Of a stretch of 64,000 nucleotides of DNA, positions 23,396 to 35,920 are shown piece by piece. The notes under the pieces were generated by a model that was given only the letters and a program-made list of their open reading frames with translations, did no database searches and was not told where the DNA came from. The DNA is taken from contig OZ024741.1 of assembly GCA_964016885.1 (NCBI GenBank), positions 153,636,001-153,700,000 of the forward strand, in the 5' to 3' direction. This DNA comes from Eledone cirrhosa. Taxonomy: Eukaryota. Position numbers and translations under genes: made by a program. Position 1 is the stretch's first letter; every line of letters starts with the position of its first letter.

Positions 23396-26183
23396 TAATT
23401 GAAAAAACAACCGTTTATTTAAATGACGCTGGGGAAAGATAGTGAAGAAAGAGAAAATATTAATAGTATGAGATAGATAGAGAGAAGAAATTTACAAGAG
23501 GATGAATAGAACTCATGTAACGTAAATAAGTTTTAAATTTATATCTACTAATGGTACGTATATTTACTATTATTTTGTTGTTAGAATTATTTTATAATAT
23601 AATGTTTACTATTATAAGTAGATAGAAAAAAAGATATATATATAGAAAAATAAATATATATAAAAAAATTAGATAGGAAAATATATTGAAAAATAAATAG
23701 ATAGAGAGATAGATAAATAGAAGAATCAATAGATAGAAAAATAGATATATGAATGGATAGATGGGTATATCTTGTTATAGATAATTGTTTTAATGAATTA
23801 TGAGGGATATTGGTTTATATTTAGTGTAAGTAATTAAGTTAACTGAGTTAATAAGAATATTTATATATTTTAAATGTTTTAAATTGGAAAGATAAGGAAA
23901 AAACCCACCAATTAGTTTATTAGTTAGTATGAGACCATTTTGTCAAAGATATAAATGTTGAAAGATATATTTAGCCTGAATTAGTTATTGGTTATAAATC
24001 TAATAAAAGATGTTAAGAAAATATTAAAAATTCTGGAAAATTTTAAAAAAAATTTCGGAAAATATTAAAAAAAATATTAAAAAGAATTTAAAAAAAAATT
24101 TTTTTAATTTCTTAAAAAATTTTTAAAAACTATTAAAAAGTATTTTATAAGAGATAAGTAGATTTAAAAAAAAAAATAATTTTTTTAAAACAAGTAATTT
24201 TTAAAATATATGAAATATTTTAGAAGTAAAAAAAAAAATAAATAAAAAATAAAAAAAAAAAAATAAAAAATGAAAAATGAAAGATTTAAAAAGTAAAAAA
24301 TAAAAAATAAAGAATTAAAAAACCTTAAAAAATATTAAAATTAAAGTTAAAATTAAAATTTTTAAATTTAGGATCATATATGTATATAATTTAAGAAATT
24401 TTAATAAGTGAAATTATAAGAAGTGAAATTATAGCAAACAATATATGGAAATAAGTAGAAATATTATAAGTGTAATTATAATTTATATATAGTTCTAAAC
24501 GTTGAATTTACAAGAACTAAACAAATTCATACGTATATTAATAGAGTTCTTACATTTAAGTATGAAGAAAATTTCCTCAACACACAATTTGCAAAATCTA
24601 GATAAAGCTGTGTTTCGCTAGGCAGGTGCTTATGAAATTATTTCCCAAGTTAAAGAATAGTCCGTATTTTTGGATTTTAAGTTCCATATCAGGTTTCATA
24701 GAGAAGTTGAAGATTTTTTACCAATTTTTTACCAAACGAGCATTTGTGATTATTAAAACGAGTTTTAAAGTCTGTAGAAGTTGAACGTTAAATATATTGT
24801 CACTGGTTTTGACTGTGCATTTATAGACCACATCCTTATCTAAGCACTTATTTTTTAAAGGACACTTTGATTTAATTCTACACTTACATATAGCTGAGTT
24901 GATGTTATTCGGAACGGTATTATTATGTTGGATATTGCTAGAGATATTACTAATTTGGTTATGGTTTAAATTTCTATTATTGATTCTATTTATATTTTGT
25001 GCTAAGTTCATAGTAGTAGAGTAAGATAGTTTTATTGTATGTCTGTTAAAGATTGAGTGGGTTCTATGGGCTTTAGGAAGACATTTATCTAGAGCTTTAA
25101 AGAATAGCTTAGCTAAAGGTGTTTTAACGCTTAATGAGAATGGAGGTGAATACCAAATTATATTTCTAGTTCTATTTCTTCTGTTAGTTTTAGAGTTTAG
25201 TTTTCTGTTAGTTTTGGAGTTTAGTTTTTAAAATTTTTTAAAGAAATTTTTAAAAATTAAAAAAAAAATTTTTTTAATATTTTTTTTATATTTTCCGAAA
25301 TTTAAAAAGAATTTTTCCAGAATTTTAAATATTTTAAAATATTTTTTAATAAAATTTTGTTAACATCTTTTATTAGATTTATAACCAATAACTAATTCAG
25401 GCTAAATATATCTTTCAACATTTATATCTTTGACAAAATGGTCTCATACTAACTAATAAACAAACAAAACTGGTGGTTTTTTTTCCGTATCTTCCCAATT
25501 TAAAACATTTAAAATATATAAATATTCTTATTAATTCAGTTAACTTAATTACTTACACTAAATATAAACCAATATCCCTCATAATTCATTAAAACAATTA
25601 TCTATAACAAGATATACCCATCTATCCATTCATATATCTATTTTTCTATCTATCTATTTTTCTATCTATTGATTCTTCTATTTATCTATTTCTCTATCTA
25701 TTTATTTTTCAATATATTTTTCTATCTAATTTTTTATATATGTTTATTTTTCTATATATATATATATATTTTTTCTATCTACTTATAATAGTAAATATTA
25801 TATTATATTAGAAAATAATTCTAACAACAAAATAATAGTAAATATACGTACCATTAGTAGACTTATTTACGTTACATGAGTTCTATTCATCTTCTTGTAA
25901 ATTTCTTCTCTCTATCTATCTCATACTATTAATATTTTTCTCTCTCTCTTTCTTCTCTCTCGTTTTTATTTATGAAACAAACTTTGAATTTTATCTGATG
26001 AAAGCGCACCAAGGTTGGTTTGGCTGCCCTTGAAATATATATAATAAAATAAATATGGTTTTATAAATATAGTTTCCATTTATTTAATATCATGGAATAT
26101 TTACTCCAGTAGCTGTTGAGTGCTCTAAATCAGTTATAAACAATTATGTTTGTGAGAATTCCAACAAATTAAATACAACTTCT
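23396..26183 (-). mobile_element. 5'-truncated Penelope-like element with inverted 3'/pLTR copy
   Basis: Minus-strand remnant 24480-25190: RNIIWYSPPFS...IFNRHTIKLSYS, CKCRIKSKCPLKNKCLDKDVVYKCTV, then degraded GIY-YIG; about 700-bp inverted arms (about 23450-24130 vs 25225-25940); hammerhead at 25988. Confidence 0.85.
25988..26050 (+). ncRNA. Minimal type I hammerhead ribozyme
   Basis: ATTTTAT-CTGATGA, stem II AAG.GCACCAAG/TTTGG.TGC.CTT, GAAA-TATATA-TA, ATAAAAT; palindromic stem III as in Penelope hammerheads. Confidence 0.85.
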
Positions 26184-26193
26184 ACACACACAC

Positions 26194-26245
<52 letters not shown>

Positions 26246-26389
26246 GTATATATAATAAATGTAATCTGAGTTTTTCGAATATTAATAATAACATTCGATT
26301 CGTTTGAAATTATACAAACAAGCCTCATTTTTATAGCCATGTCAGTAGAATGAACCCTTCATTCTTGCTGTTGTGTTGGCATGTAAACA

Positions 26390-26439
26390 GAACTGCAGAC
26401 ACTAATGTTTCTGGGTAACACCCTTCATCAGTACCGTTC
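26390..26439 (-). ncRNA. Type I hammerhead ribozyme
   Basis: GAACGGTA-CTGATGA-AGGGTGTTACCCA-GAAA-CATTAGTG-TC-TGCAGTTC; the second tandem copy (26815-26862) has GCC in place of GTC. Confidence 0.8.
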
Positions 26440-27090
26440 ACCTGCCAACTGTCAGAGCTAGTGAAAATATATGCTATTTTCTAAAATATACAGTGACTGA
26501 TTTGCATATTAGCAGACTGGCTGATCAGTTAGATTTGCATATTAGCAGATCCACTGATCAGCCAGATTTGCATAACAGCAGACTGGCCAGTCAATTTCCT
26601 GTTTACGAGCGATAAATGACCGGCTTTGCCACATTCAAATAAGAAAGAAGAAATTTTCGCTCTACATGGCTGAATACAATAAATGTAATCTGAGTTTTTC
26701 GAATATTAATAATAACATTCGATTCGTTTGCAATTATACAAACAAGCCTCATTTTTATAGCCATGTCAGTAGAATGAACCCTTCATTCTTGCTGTTGTGT
26801 TGGCATGTAAAAAGAACTGCAGGCACTAATGTTTCTGGGTAACACCCTTCATCAGTACAGCTCACTGTTTACCTGCCAATGTGGCAAAGCCGACCATTTA
26901 TCACTCATATACAGGAAACTGACTGGCCAGTCTGCTGGTATGCAAATCTGGCTGATCAGTGGATCTGCTAATATGCAAATCTGACTGATCAGTCAGTCTG
27001 CTAATATGCAAATCAGGCAGATCAGTCACCGTATATTTTAGAAAATAGCATATATTTTCACTAGCTCTAACAGTTGGCAGGTGAACAGTG

Positions 27091-27138
27091 AGCTGTACTG
27101 ATGAAGGGTGATACCCAGAAACATTAGTGTCTGCAGTT
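27091..27138 (+). ncRNA. Type I hammerhead ribozyme
   Basis: AGCTGTA-CTGATGA-A-GGG/CCC-A-GAAA-CA ttag TG-TC-TGCAGTT; 7-bp stem I, GUC site at 27129-27131. Confidence 0.85.
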
Positions 27139-27916
27139 CTGTTTATATGCCAACACAAGAGCAAGAGTGAAGGTTTTATTCTACTGATATGGCTATAAAA
27201 ATGAGGCTTGTTTGTATAATTGCAAACGAATCGAATGTTATTATTAATATTCGAAAAACTCAGATTACATTTATTGTATTCAGCCATGTAGAGCGAACAT
27301 TTCTTCTTTTATATATATATACTAGCAGAATGGCCCGGCGTTGCTCGGGATACTAAACATAGATTGGCATGTTTATCCCCCCATTCTGAAACAGTACAGA
27401 GGAGTATGGAATACCTCGGCCTCGGAATGGTGTCTACATTTTGTGCTTATAAAAAAATTCGTCGTAGATGACCAGGGGTTTAACTTAATTGGGTGCCTGA
27501 GAGTAAAATGTTCAACCCACGAAAGCCAAGACGATAGGGTTAAGTAAAATGGCATTCGACAAACCGAACATGTATTTGTTGTGCTATGGTACAATGAAAG
27601 CAACAGTTACAGAGCAGTAAGCATGTGGGACTGCAGTGGTGGAGAGTGGTGTTGTCTTACTCCTTTCAATGTTTCGTCGTATGTTCACCAATGATGCAGA
27701 AGTCCTAATGAAAAGTGAATAGGCAAATAATTTTCATTACGATTTTTCAAAAGCATGTAATTGCGTTCCCTCTCTTTTTTGTTGTTGTTTTTGCTGCTGT
27801 TTATATTTTGTTTTTGTGTATGCAAAAATATCTGTACACGAATATATAATTATGAGTTTCAGAAGATCCCGTTAAGGGTAAAAGCAGCGATTCTTTGCTT
27901 AAACTTTAATCTGTTA

Positions 27917-27946
<30 letters not shown>

Positions 27947-27952
<6 letters not shown>

Positions 27953-29252
27953 GCGGACGATATTTGTTCGCAAGATTACTGTCTAGGAAAAAGTAACACA
28001 GAGTTTTATTTTTTAAGATATATTTATCAAACTTGGGTCAGTTTGTCTTCATTACTTGTTCTTTCGATCTCACTTGATAAACCCGCCATTGGCTTTGATC
28101 ACGGCCTCAATGCAGCCTCGGAACCGGCTACAGGGCTTCGTCACTGTCCCTCGACTTAGGCCCCTAAAGGTACTTGTGATCCTGGCATTCAGATCGTCTT
28201 TCGTATTGCAGCTAGATCTGTTGGTGTCTCGTTCCACTGCGCCCCACACAAAGAAGTCGAGGGGGTTGCAGTCAGGCGAGCTGGGAGGCCAGATGTCAGG
28301 TGAAGTGTGGTCGACGAAGTTCTCTGACAGCCAGGCTTGGGTCTTTCGGCTGGTATGGCAGGGCGCTGAGTCTTGCTGCCACACGTACGGCCTACTTGCA
28401 GCTACCTGGTCGATCCAGGGCTTTACTACCTCGATCAGAACGCGGATGTAGCCATCGGTGTTCAGCTTGAGGCCCTCAGAGAAGAAGTGAGGTGGCATGA
28501 CGTCACCTTGACTGCTGACGACACCTAATACCAATGTTGTCGCTGGAAACTTTGTCTGCATGACTCTGGGCACGTCTTTGGGTGAAACAACGAGACACCT
28601 GTTGTTCTGGGAGTTGATCTTCTGGTCTTGGCAGAAGTTTTTCTCGTCGGAGAAAAACCACAGCATGCCTGGCTCCAGTGGGTGTTTCAACTTGTTGATC
28701 AGCTTCTTTGCGTGCTTCAATCGCTTTTCTTGCATCGCTTTTGACAGACATTGTCCTTTCCTTATCTTGTATGAAACGTAGCGAATGTCTTCATGTACCA
28801 CCAGCCTAATGAGCTTTTCATCCACGCCTTTCTCCCTTGTAATGGCACGCATCGACTTGCTAGGTTCATTGTTGATGATATCCTGAACTTCAGCGACGAA
28901 CTCGGGCGTTCTGAAGGCGTCAGATCGTCGATCATGTGTTTTCCTCTCTGATGTTGCTTCGTAGTCGAATCCTGAATCTTTCAATTTCTTTCTGACCTTT
29001 TCCACCATTCTCCTGCTGACGCTGAGAAAGTCTGAAATTTCCTTATTTGTCCTCCCGGCGCGGATTCCAAGAAGAACTCCGTGTCTCTTCCACAAATTTG
29101 GAGGTTCAAAATTATTCATAATCAATTATTCTGAAAATAAATAATAGAAATATAGTCACTGTTTTTATGAAGACAAGAATGACAACGGAAGTAAAACAAA
29201 TTTGCATAAAATTAGCAGTTGAAAATTGCGAACAAATATCGTCCACACCCTG
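27947..29252 (-). mobile_element. Full-length DD37D (maT) mariner-like transposon
   Basis: 27-bp TIRs (C/T)AGGGTGYGGACGATATTTGTTCGCAA at 27947-27973 and 29226-29252; TA flanks; 1306 bp. Confidence 0.95.
28070..29125 (-). CDS. DD37D transposase, 351 aa, uninterrupted
   Basis: HTH N-terminus; FSDEKNF, QQDSAPCH and SPDCNPLD with 37 residues between the second and third D. Confidence 0.93.
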   Translation of the reverse strand: MIMNNFEPPNLWKRHGVLLGIRAGRTNKEISDFLSVSRRMVEKVRKKLKDSGFDYEATSERKTHDRRSDAFRTPEFVAEVQDIINNEPSKSMRAITREKGVDEKLIRLVVHEDIRYVSYKIRKGQCLSKAMQEKRLKHAKKLINKLKHPLEPGMLWFFSDEKNFCQDQKINSQNNRCLVVSPKDVPRVMQTKFPATTLVLGVVSSQGDVMPPHFFSEGLKLNTDGYIRVLIEVVKPWIDQVAASRPYVWQQDSAPCHTSRKTQAWLSENFVDHTSPDIWPPSSPDCNPLDFFVWGAVERDTNRSSCNTKDDLNARITSTFRGLSRGTVTKPCSRFRGCIEAVIKANGGFIK

Positions 29253-29686
29253 TATATATATTAAAATAACAGATTAAAGTTTAAGCAAAGAATCCCTTAA
29301 CGGGATCTTCGGAAACTAAAGAAAATCAATCTGTGAACGCAGAAGTAAATATTTCGAAAAACGTTACACACTATATATATACACACACTATATGTATACA
29401 TATACACACACACACATATAACGTCATAATGTCGTAATGCAGACAGTCAGACATACAGACAGATATTATTAGGGCGCAACGTTATATCTATGTATCTATC
29501 TAAAAAGAAAGACTAAGAATTATAGAGAGAGATCGCTCAATCGCCTAATGCGGTCCCTTGGCCATTGAAAATTTTAAATATTTTTTTCTCAAAACACTCA
29601 CAGCACCATAAGTATTACATGTGTAAAGTTTGAAAACAATCGGTTGGGTGGTTCTCGAGTTTTAAGGAGTCAGACAGACATTCTCT

Positions 29687-29742
<56 letters not shown>

Positions 29743-30288
29743 AAAGAGAAAGATATCGTTTTTTACAAAAATAATATAAAAAATTAGAAATATAGGTGAA
29801 GTTAAAACTGCTCAAAATACAGTAATTTATTATAATAAACAGTACAAAAGGCTGTTTCATACTTCTTTGAAAGAATTTTTCAAACAAACATGTGTACAAA
29901 ATCCTATTGTGTTAAAATAGTTACGCATGAAGTAAATTATTCATTAAAGTAATTACAAAATACGTTTTTGCATTAAATGTTGATTTACGAACGTTTCGTC
30001 TCCTTTTGGGACTTGTCAAAACCAGTTATTTAAGAATAAAAATCTCATTATAAACATCACCAAACTGCTCAACGGCCAGGAGCCAGAGAAAATGTTTACA
30101 TTAATGCATGGTAAATCTATGTTGTCTAGCTACAGAGGCACAAAGTCAAACCACTCTCACATTACTGTAACAACTTATTTAAAAAATAAATAGAGGATAA
30201 ATAGAAAAATAGAAATATAATATTGATAAAAAATATTATAAAAGATAAAAATAAAAAATAAAGACACACACACACACATATATATATA

Positions 30289-31419
30289 CTAGCTGAATGA
30301 TCCAGCGTTGCCCGGGTTACTGCTTGTTCTTATTCAGATTAGTAAACAATAAATATGAAGATATATTTTCTTTCTCATAATTATTTCAAAATACCTGTAT
30401 TTTATTTCAAAAATGTCAAAATTGTAATTATAATAGAATTTAGAAATGAAAATCTGTCAAACTTGAAGCACCTCGGGGTAAACAATATTCATTGTGTAAT
30501 TTTTTGTTGGTGTCCAAATGAATAAATTATTGCTGCCTCCAACTCGTGAGCAACTAACAGAGTTGACCATGGGAGAAACATGTAGTAGAGAGATCAAGTC
30601 CAACTACCTTGAGAGATTGACCCTGAGTTAATTGAAATAACAAAACTTTTTTAGAATAAAGGCATTTTTTTTTTCAATATTGTAAACAAATAAGTTTCAA
30701 CATCCAAAAGAAAAATACATCTATTTTTGTATGCAGTGTAAATTAACCAAATATAAGCAAATGTATTAACTGCTAATTTAACGGTATGAGAATATAAATA
30801 TAAACGAACAAACACACATACACTTATAACAAACACACACAGACATACATTCATACAAACACACACAGTTTCACCCATGAACAGACACACATATACTCAC
30901 ACAAACTTATGAAAAAACACACACAGACATACATTCATACAGCGTTTCATTATGTCAGTCGTCACAGAAATGTATGTATACTCACACACGGATACACTCT
31001 CACATACACTCACGCATACACTCACACACATATGTACATGTGTGTGTGTGTGTGTGTTTAATTCTGTGTATCTGATTGAATATTTACGTGAAGATGTGTG
31101 TGTTACTGAAGCCTAACATATGTAACAAACGCACAAACACAGACACACACTCACAGACACATACACACTCATATACAAAATGTGACGTCGTCGTTGTCGT
31201 GTTATAAAATGTCCATTTACTTATAATTGAATATAGTAGAATATTTTAGATAAAATATATTGTTTTAATCCAAATGAAAATAAAAATTATATGTTGTTAA
31301 TTCCGGTGTCTAATACTACAACATTGTAAAATTTGATTTGATTTGGTGTAGCCATTTCAGAATGCATAAGGAAAAGACAGTCAGACAGACAGAGAGACAA
31401 AAAATGTTATATACATAGA
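30289..31419 (-). mobile_element. Non-autonomous Helitron
   Basis: 5' TC at 31419, 3' CCCGGGCAACGCTGG hairpin plus CTAG at 30289, A^T site; shorter sister copy at 53534-53940. Confidence 0.8.
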
Positions 31420-31442
31420 TATATATATATATATATACACAC

Positions 31443-32658
31443 AAATTCCAAACCTGGAAGCAGGGACTAGAGAGAAAGGGCCTCAAAGTCAACATGACAA
31501 AGACTAAGATCCTTATAAGTAGACGAGAAAACAGAACCCAGATCCCCTCAGGGAAATGGCCTTGCTCAGTATGTAGGGAAGGTGTAGGTAGGAACTCCAT
31601 TCTCTGCCCCAAATGCAAACAATGGGTACACAAGAGATGTAGCGGGATCTCAGGAAGCTTAATTAAGAATGTAGGATTCACATGCAGCAGCTGTGCTGAA
31701 ACAGCAAGCAAACAGCCACAGGAAACAAGTACCACCAATCTCTGGGAGGGCCCTGTAGAAACAGTAGACAGCTTCTGCTACCTAGGTGACCGAATTAGCA
31801 ACGGAGGTGGGTGCTCAGAAAGTACAATAACTAGGGTAAGAACGGGATGGAAGACGTTTAGGGAACTACTACCACTGCTAGCTGCAAAAGGCTTCTCCCT
31901 CAGAATGAAAGGCAGACTGTATGATGCGTGTATCCGAACAGCGATGTTGCATGGTAGTGAGACCTGGGCGCTGAAGGTGGAAGACTTACGTAGATTAGAG
32001 AGAAACGAAGCCTGCATGCTCCGATGGATGTGTAACAGTAATATACGTGAACGACAAAGCATAAAGGAATTGAGAGAGAGACTGAGCATAAGAGGAATCA
32101 AATGCTGCGTGCAGGAGAGGCGGTTACGCTGGTATGGACATGTGATGCGTATGAAGGATGACAGCTGCATAAAAAGGTGCAGAGCACTAGAAGTTGATGG
32201 AAACCGCGGAGTGGGGAGACCCAAGATGACTTGGGATGAGGTGATAAAAGCCGACCTTACCCAACTACACCTCTCAAAGTCAATGACACACGACCGTGAC
32301 TTCTGGCGTCACGCAGTAATACAGGGTACCCGACCTCCCATGGGTACATGCTGAAGCATATAAACAATATGCTCCCCCCCCCCCCCACCGCAAGGTGGTC
32401 GTGGAGGTGCCACGGCAAAAAAGCACCCAGCCCACACTGTAAAGTGGACGTGTAGGCGCCACGAAAAGCACCCAGCACTCACTGTAAATGAGGTTGGTGT
32501 TAGGAAGGGCATCCAGCTGTAGAAATCAAGCCAGATCAGTTCCTGTATGAGCAAGGCATGGTCAGCCGACCAGACACTGCCCACAACAGGACAACCCGTC
32601 TAACCCATGCTAGCGTGGAAGAACGGACGTAAAACGGTGATGATGATGATGATGATGA
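31443..32658 (+). mobile_element. 5'-truncated RTE LINE (ORF 31494-32354, PHD-like finger plus C-terminus)
   Basis: WPCSVCREGVGRNSILCPKCKQWVHKRC...CSSC, FCYLGD, LHGSETW, RRLRWYGHV, GRPKMTW; (GAT)n tail; an extra RTE 3' UTR follows at 32665-32869. Confidence 0.93.
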
Positions 32659-33480
32659 CACATACGTGTAGGTAACACGGTAAAAAGTTCCCAGTTCCAC
32701 ACTGTAAATGTGGTTGGTGTTAGGAAGGGCATCCAGCCGTAGAAAACCTGCCAGATAGTCCTATATGAGCAACACACGGTGACCCGACCGATCATGCCTC
32801 AAGTAGGTCAACTTTCATCTAACCCATGCTAGCGTGGAAGATAAATGATGATGATGATGATGATGATGACACACAAACTCCTCCCTCTACAGATAATACA
32901 AAGCCACCAACAGACACGGAGACACATATACACACATTCATCCATCACACACACTCACGCATACATAGAAACAATAGAAAAAAGTCACATACACAAATAC
33001 ATGTGGAGACACATGCACAATCGTACATACTCACATACATAGAAATAATAGAAACCCCCCATCTCCACTCCGCACACATACACACATACAGGCTGAAGCA
33101 ATAATGCACACCTACCAATTTCATCCTTTCGGCACACACATAACCACACCCATGACATACCTGGACCCTCCATTTCAGCATTTCAGCACTCACTCTCAAA
33201 TGCCAGACCCCTTGCTTACCACTCTCCCAACCTATTTATTTCTTCCTAACTTTCACACACATTTTCATGTATCTAACTGTTTTCTTCTTATCTGCACTTT
33301 CCTCATGAAGGACTTCCACCTGAAGCGTGAACCTAATATGACTTGGTTTTTTTGCAGCTCTATGTTTGTTTTGTTTTATTTATCAACTCTCTCTCTCTCT
33401 CTCTCTTTCTATATATATATATAGGAACAAGTATGACCCCGACGGCAGAGCTCAAGCCGTTTCGACGGCTATTTCTGGAC

Positions 33481-33511
<31 letters not shown>

Positions 33512-33518
<7 letters not shown>

Positions 33519-33826
33519 CAAGGTCTAGCAAATAGAGAAAAAGTTTTAAAATAAATTAAAAAAAAATTTCCTGTACTTACTATATGTGCTCTCATTTGGG
33601 AATGGTTTTGTATGGCGTCAGTTTGTGATTTGAACTCGGGAATTTTATATTCTCCAAGGGAGAAGAGCCTTCTGAAGATTGCTCCCTTCTCAATGGAAAT
33701 CCGCTTGGATTTTCCGTTTATTCTGGAGCATGAAACCGCGGTAAAGGCACATATAGTAAGTACAGCAAATTTTTTAAAAATTTATTTTAAAACTTTTTCT
33801 CAATTTGCTAGACCTTGATTTTATAT
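33512..33826. repeat. Element with about 80-bp terminal inverted repeats
   Basis: ataaaatcaaggtctagcaaat...tgtacttactatatgtgc vs gcacatatagtaagtacagc...atttgctagaccttgattttat; between (TA)n runs. Confidence 0.75.
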
Positions 33827-33934
33827 GTTCTGGCTTGTTAATTTATTAACCCGCCATAGAACCACATTGGTATACAGTTGGATAATACTTGTTTCCCTAT
33901 ATGTATTTTTTACATGTAGGAATTCATACTTTAT

Positions 33935-33994
<60 letters not shown>

Positions 33995-34364
33995 TAAGCG
34001 GAACAAGTAAAATTCAAACAATCTTTCAAAATAAATTCAAAAAATATAATTTAAATATTTACTTATCCATATTGCTTTTACTGATGGTTTCACCTCACAA
34101 AAGATTGGAAATCCGAAGGACTTCCAATGGAAAGTTCGGCTCTTCAGAAAGCATTTTCCCTTACATAGGGCATAAAGTCCCACAGCCGGCAAATATATTG
34201 CCTTCAGCCAGCTGGTTCAGGATCGAATGGGGCCGTAAATGTGACCTACACGTGAACTGGTCGTTAGTAGAAGCGCGAGTAGCATAGACGTGTTGTCTGC
34301 CACACCACTAAAAATAGCAGCTAGGTAAACAATGGATTTTTTCTCTACACATGGGAGAAATATA

Positions 34365-34750
34365 GATATATTTCTTTATTAGCCACAGGGGCACAAAAGA
34401 AGGGGACAAATACAAAGGGGGAAGTTTACATACAATAAAAACGTGTAAAATGTTATCACAGATGGAATTTAAAAGTTAGTCGATTTTCCCCAATAGAGGG
34501 AGACAGTTTATATGGGTAACACATACCCCCGAAAAAAAAATGTGCAACCCTCATCTCCAGGAGTACGAAGAGCTTGTACTCCTTTCCTCTCCTCCTCCTT
34601 TTCCGCAACCTACAGGCTGATATAGAGAGAAGGCCCATTCACTCGGGCCATTCTCGCCACTTTCACCCACCTTTCATAAAACTTGCTGGGGTACAGCACC
34701 TCTCTCTCCATCCTGATTCTTCTTCCAAAGTGGTATTTGAAAAATAGATA
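34365..34750 (-). mobile_element. Tx1/L1-like 3' end fragment
   Basis: FKYHFGRRIRMEREVLYPSKFYERWVKVARMARV followed by a T-rich UTR and aataaa; related to 17575-17890. Confidence 0.55.
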
Positions 34751-34830
34751 AATATGTGTATGTGCGTTAAACGAGAGAGAAAGTGAAAGAAAGAGAAAGA
34801 GAAAGATATATATATATATATTATATATAT

Positions 34831-35022
34831 ATAGGAAAATGTTAAACCCCAATGGCAGAGCTCAAGCCGTTTTGACGGCTATTTCAGTCCAGAAATAGCC
34901 GTCGAAACGGCTTGAGCTCTGCCGTTGGGGTTTAACATTTTCCTATTACCCACTCTACTACCCTAAGTATTGAATACTCTGGTGCGTTATGGTCCATCTG
35001 GTTCCTTACCACACTTCCTTCA
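34831..35022 (+). repeat. Palindrome of a half-hammerhead element (other copies at 33421-33480 and 44765-44950)
   Basis: About 55-bp arms 34831-34946; contains GTC-GAAA-CGGC...GCCG-TY-GGGG. Confidence 0.75.
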
Positions 35023-35663
35023 TTATATATATATATAGAGAGAGAGAGTAACTATAAAAGACATATATAATATAAATATCTATTAATGGATGAAGGAATA
35101 ATATTAGTTCTTGAGTGTTTTGCAACATTATTGTGAAATATGTATTGAATGGAAATTGTTGCACACTTTGATATCTCCAATACCAAAATAAGGATAGGAA
35201 TGGTGTACTCCTAAAAAAAGCTGATTGGAAAAAGATAGAGAATTTTTGAGTTTGATGTTATATATAAAAAAGAAAAGAACATATTTAAAATACAGCTTGT
35301 GAAAAATATTTAGATATTTTAGATATTTGATAAAGGTAGATGATCTACAAAAATTGCTGGTTACAGAACTATCCAGGAAAATAATTCAAGAAGGAGACCT
35401 TGAAAACACTGGATTGATAACACCATGGAGATGACAGGATGGGAGATAGAATAATTAATGGTTTCTAAGTGAGGCACAAGGGCAGGAATTTTTGGAAGGT
35501 GACAAAATTGATTATATGGACTCCAATATGTGACTGGTACTTTATCTTATTGACCCTCGAAGAATGAAAGACAAAGTCGATCTTGGTGGGATTTGAACTC
35601 AGAAAGTAAAGAGTTGTAACTAACTGACACAAAGTATTTTATCTAATGCTCTACTGATTGTAA

Positions 35664-35920
35664 CCCTTTTGACACCAAAATATCAGAAACTGCCCTTAGT
35701 TCTGTGATACAAAACTATTTGTTTTAGAGTGTTTATATTTATCTGAAAACCTTGCATCATAATTTTATGTAAAAACCTTTCTTATGTTTTGTTCCAAAAA
35801 CCAGCTTGATAATGAAAAAGTTGTTTATTTTGCTAAATTTTTGCAAATTCTTGATTTTTTTCAAAATCATTTGACTACCATAGATAGTGGGTTTCATTAG
35901 AAATATAGTGATAAAAAGGG
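35664..35920. mobile_element. piggyBac-like MITE (relatives near 8940, 11449, 63790)
   Basis: (g)TAA-CCCTTTT ... AAAAGGG-TTAA termini, 257 bp, non-coding. Confidence 0.6.

Larger units (their letters stand above)
26254..27310. mobile_element. Non-coding hammerhead element: about 1.5 tandem 424-bp units plus one inverted unit
   Basis: Period 424 (26391 vs 26815); inverted full unit 26880-27310; one hammerhead per unit; flanked by (CA)/(TA) runs. Confidence 0.85.
27322..29753 (-). mobile_element. Non-autonomous Helitron hosting the maT insertion
   Basis: Minus-strand 3' end CCCGAGCAACGCCGGG hairpin plus CTAG at 27322; 5' part near 29580-29750 with cagacagaca; shares internal sequence with 53090-53270; 5' boundary approximate. 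Confidence 0.65.

Noticed and set aside
26901-27287. 128-aa ORF with DLHISR repeats
   Set aside because: Antisense to the hammerhead, derived from the 33-bp repeats, and interrupted by stops in the sister copies.
29985-30022. Hammerhead remnant on - (TTGACAA-GTC...GAC-GAAACGTT); similar weak motifs near 33300 and 58348
   Set aside because: Core or stems are too degraded to call.
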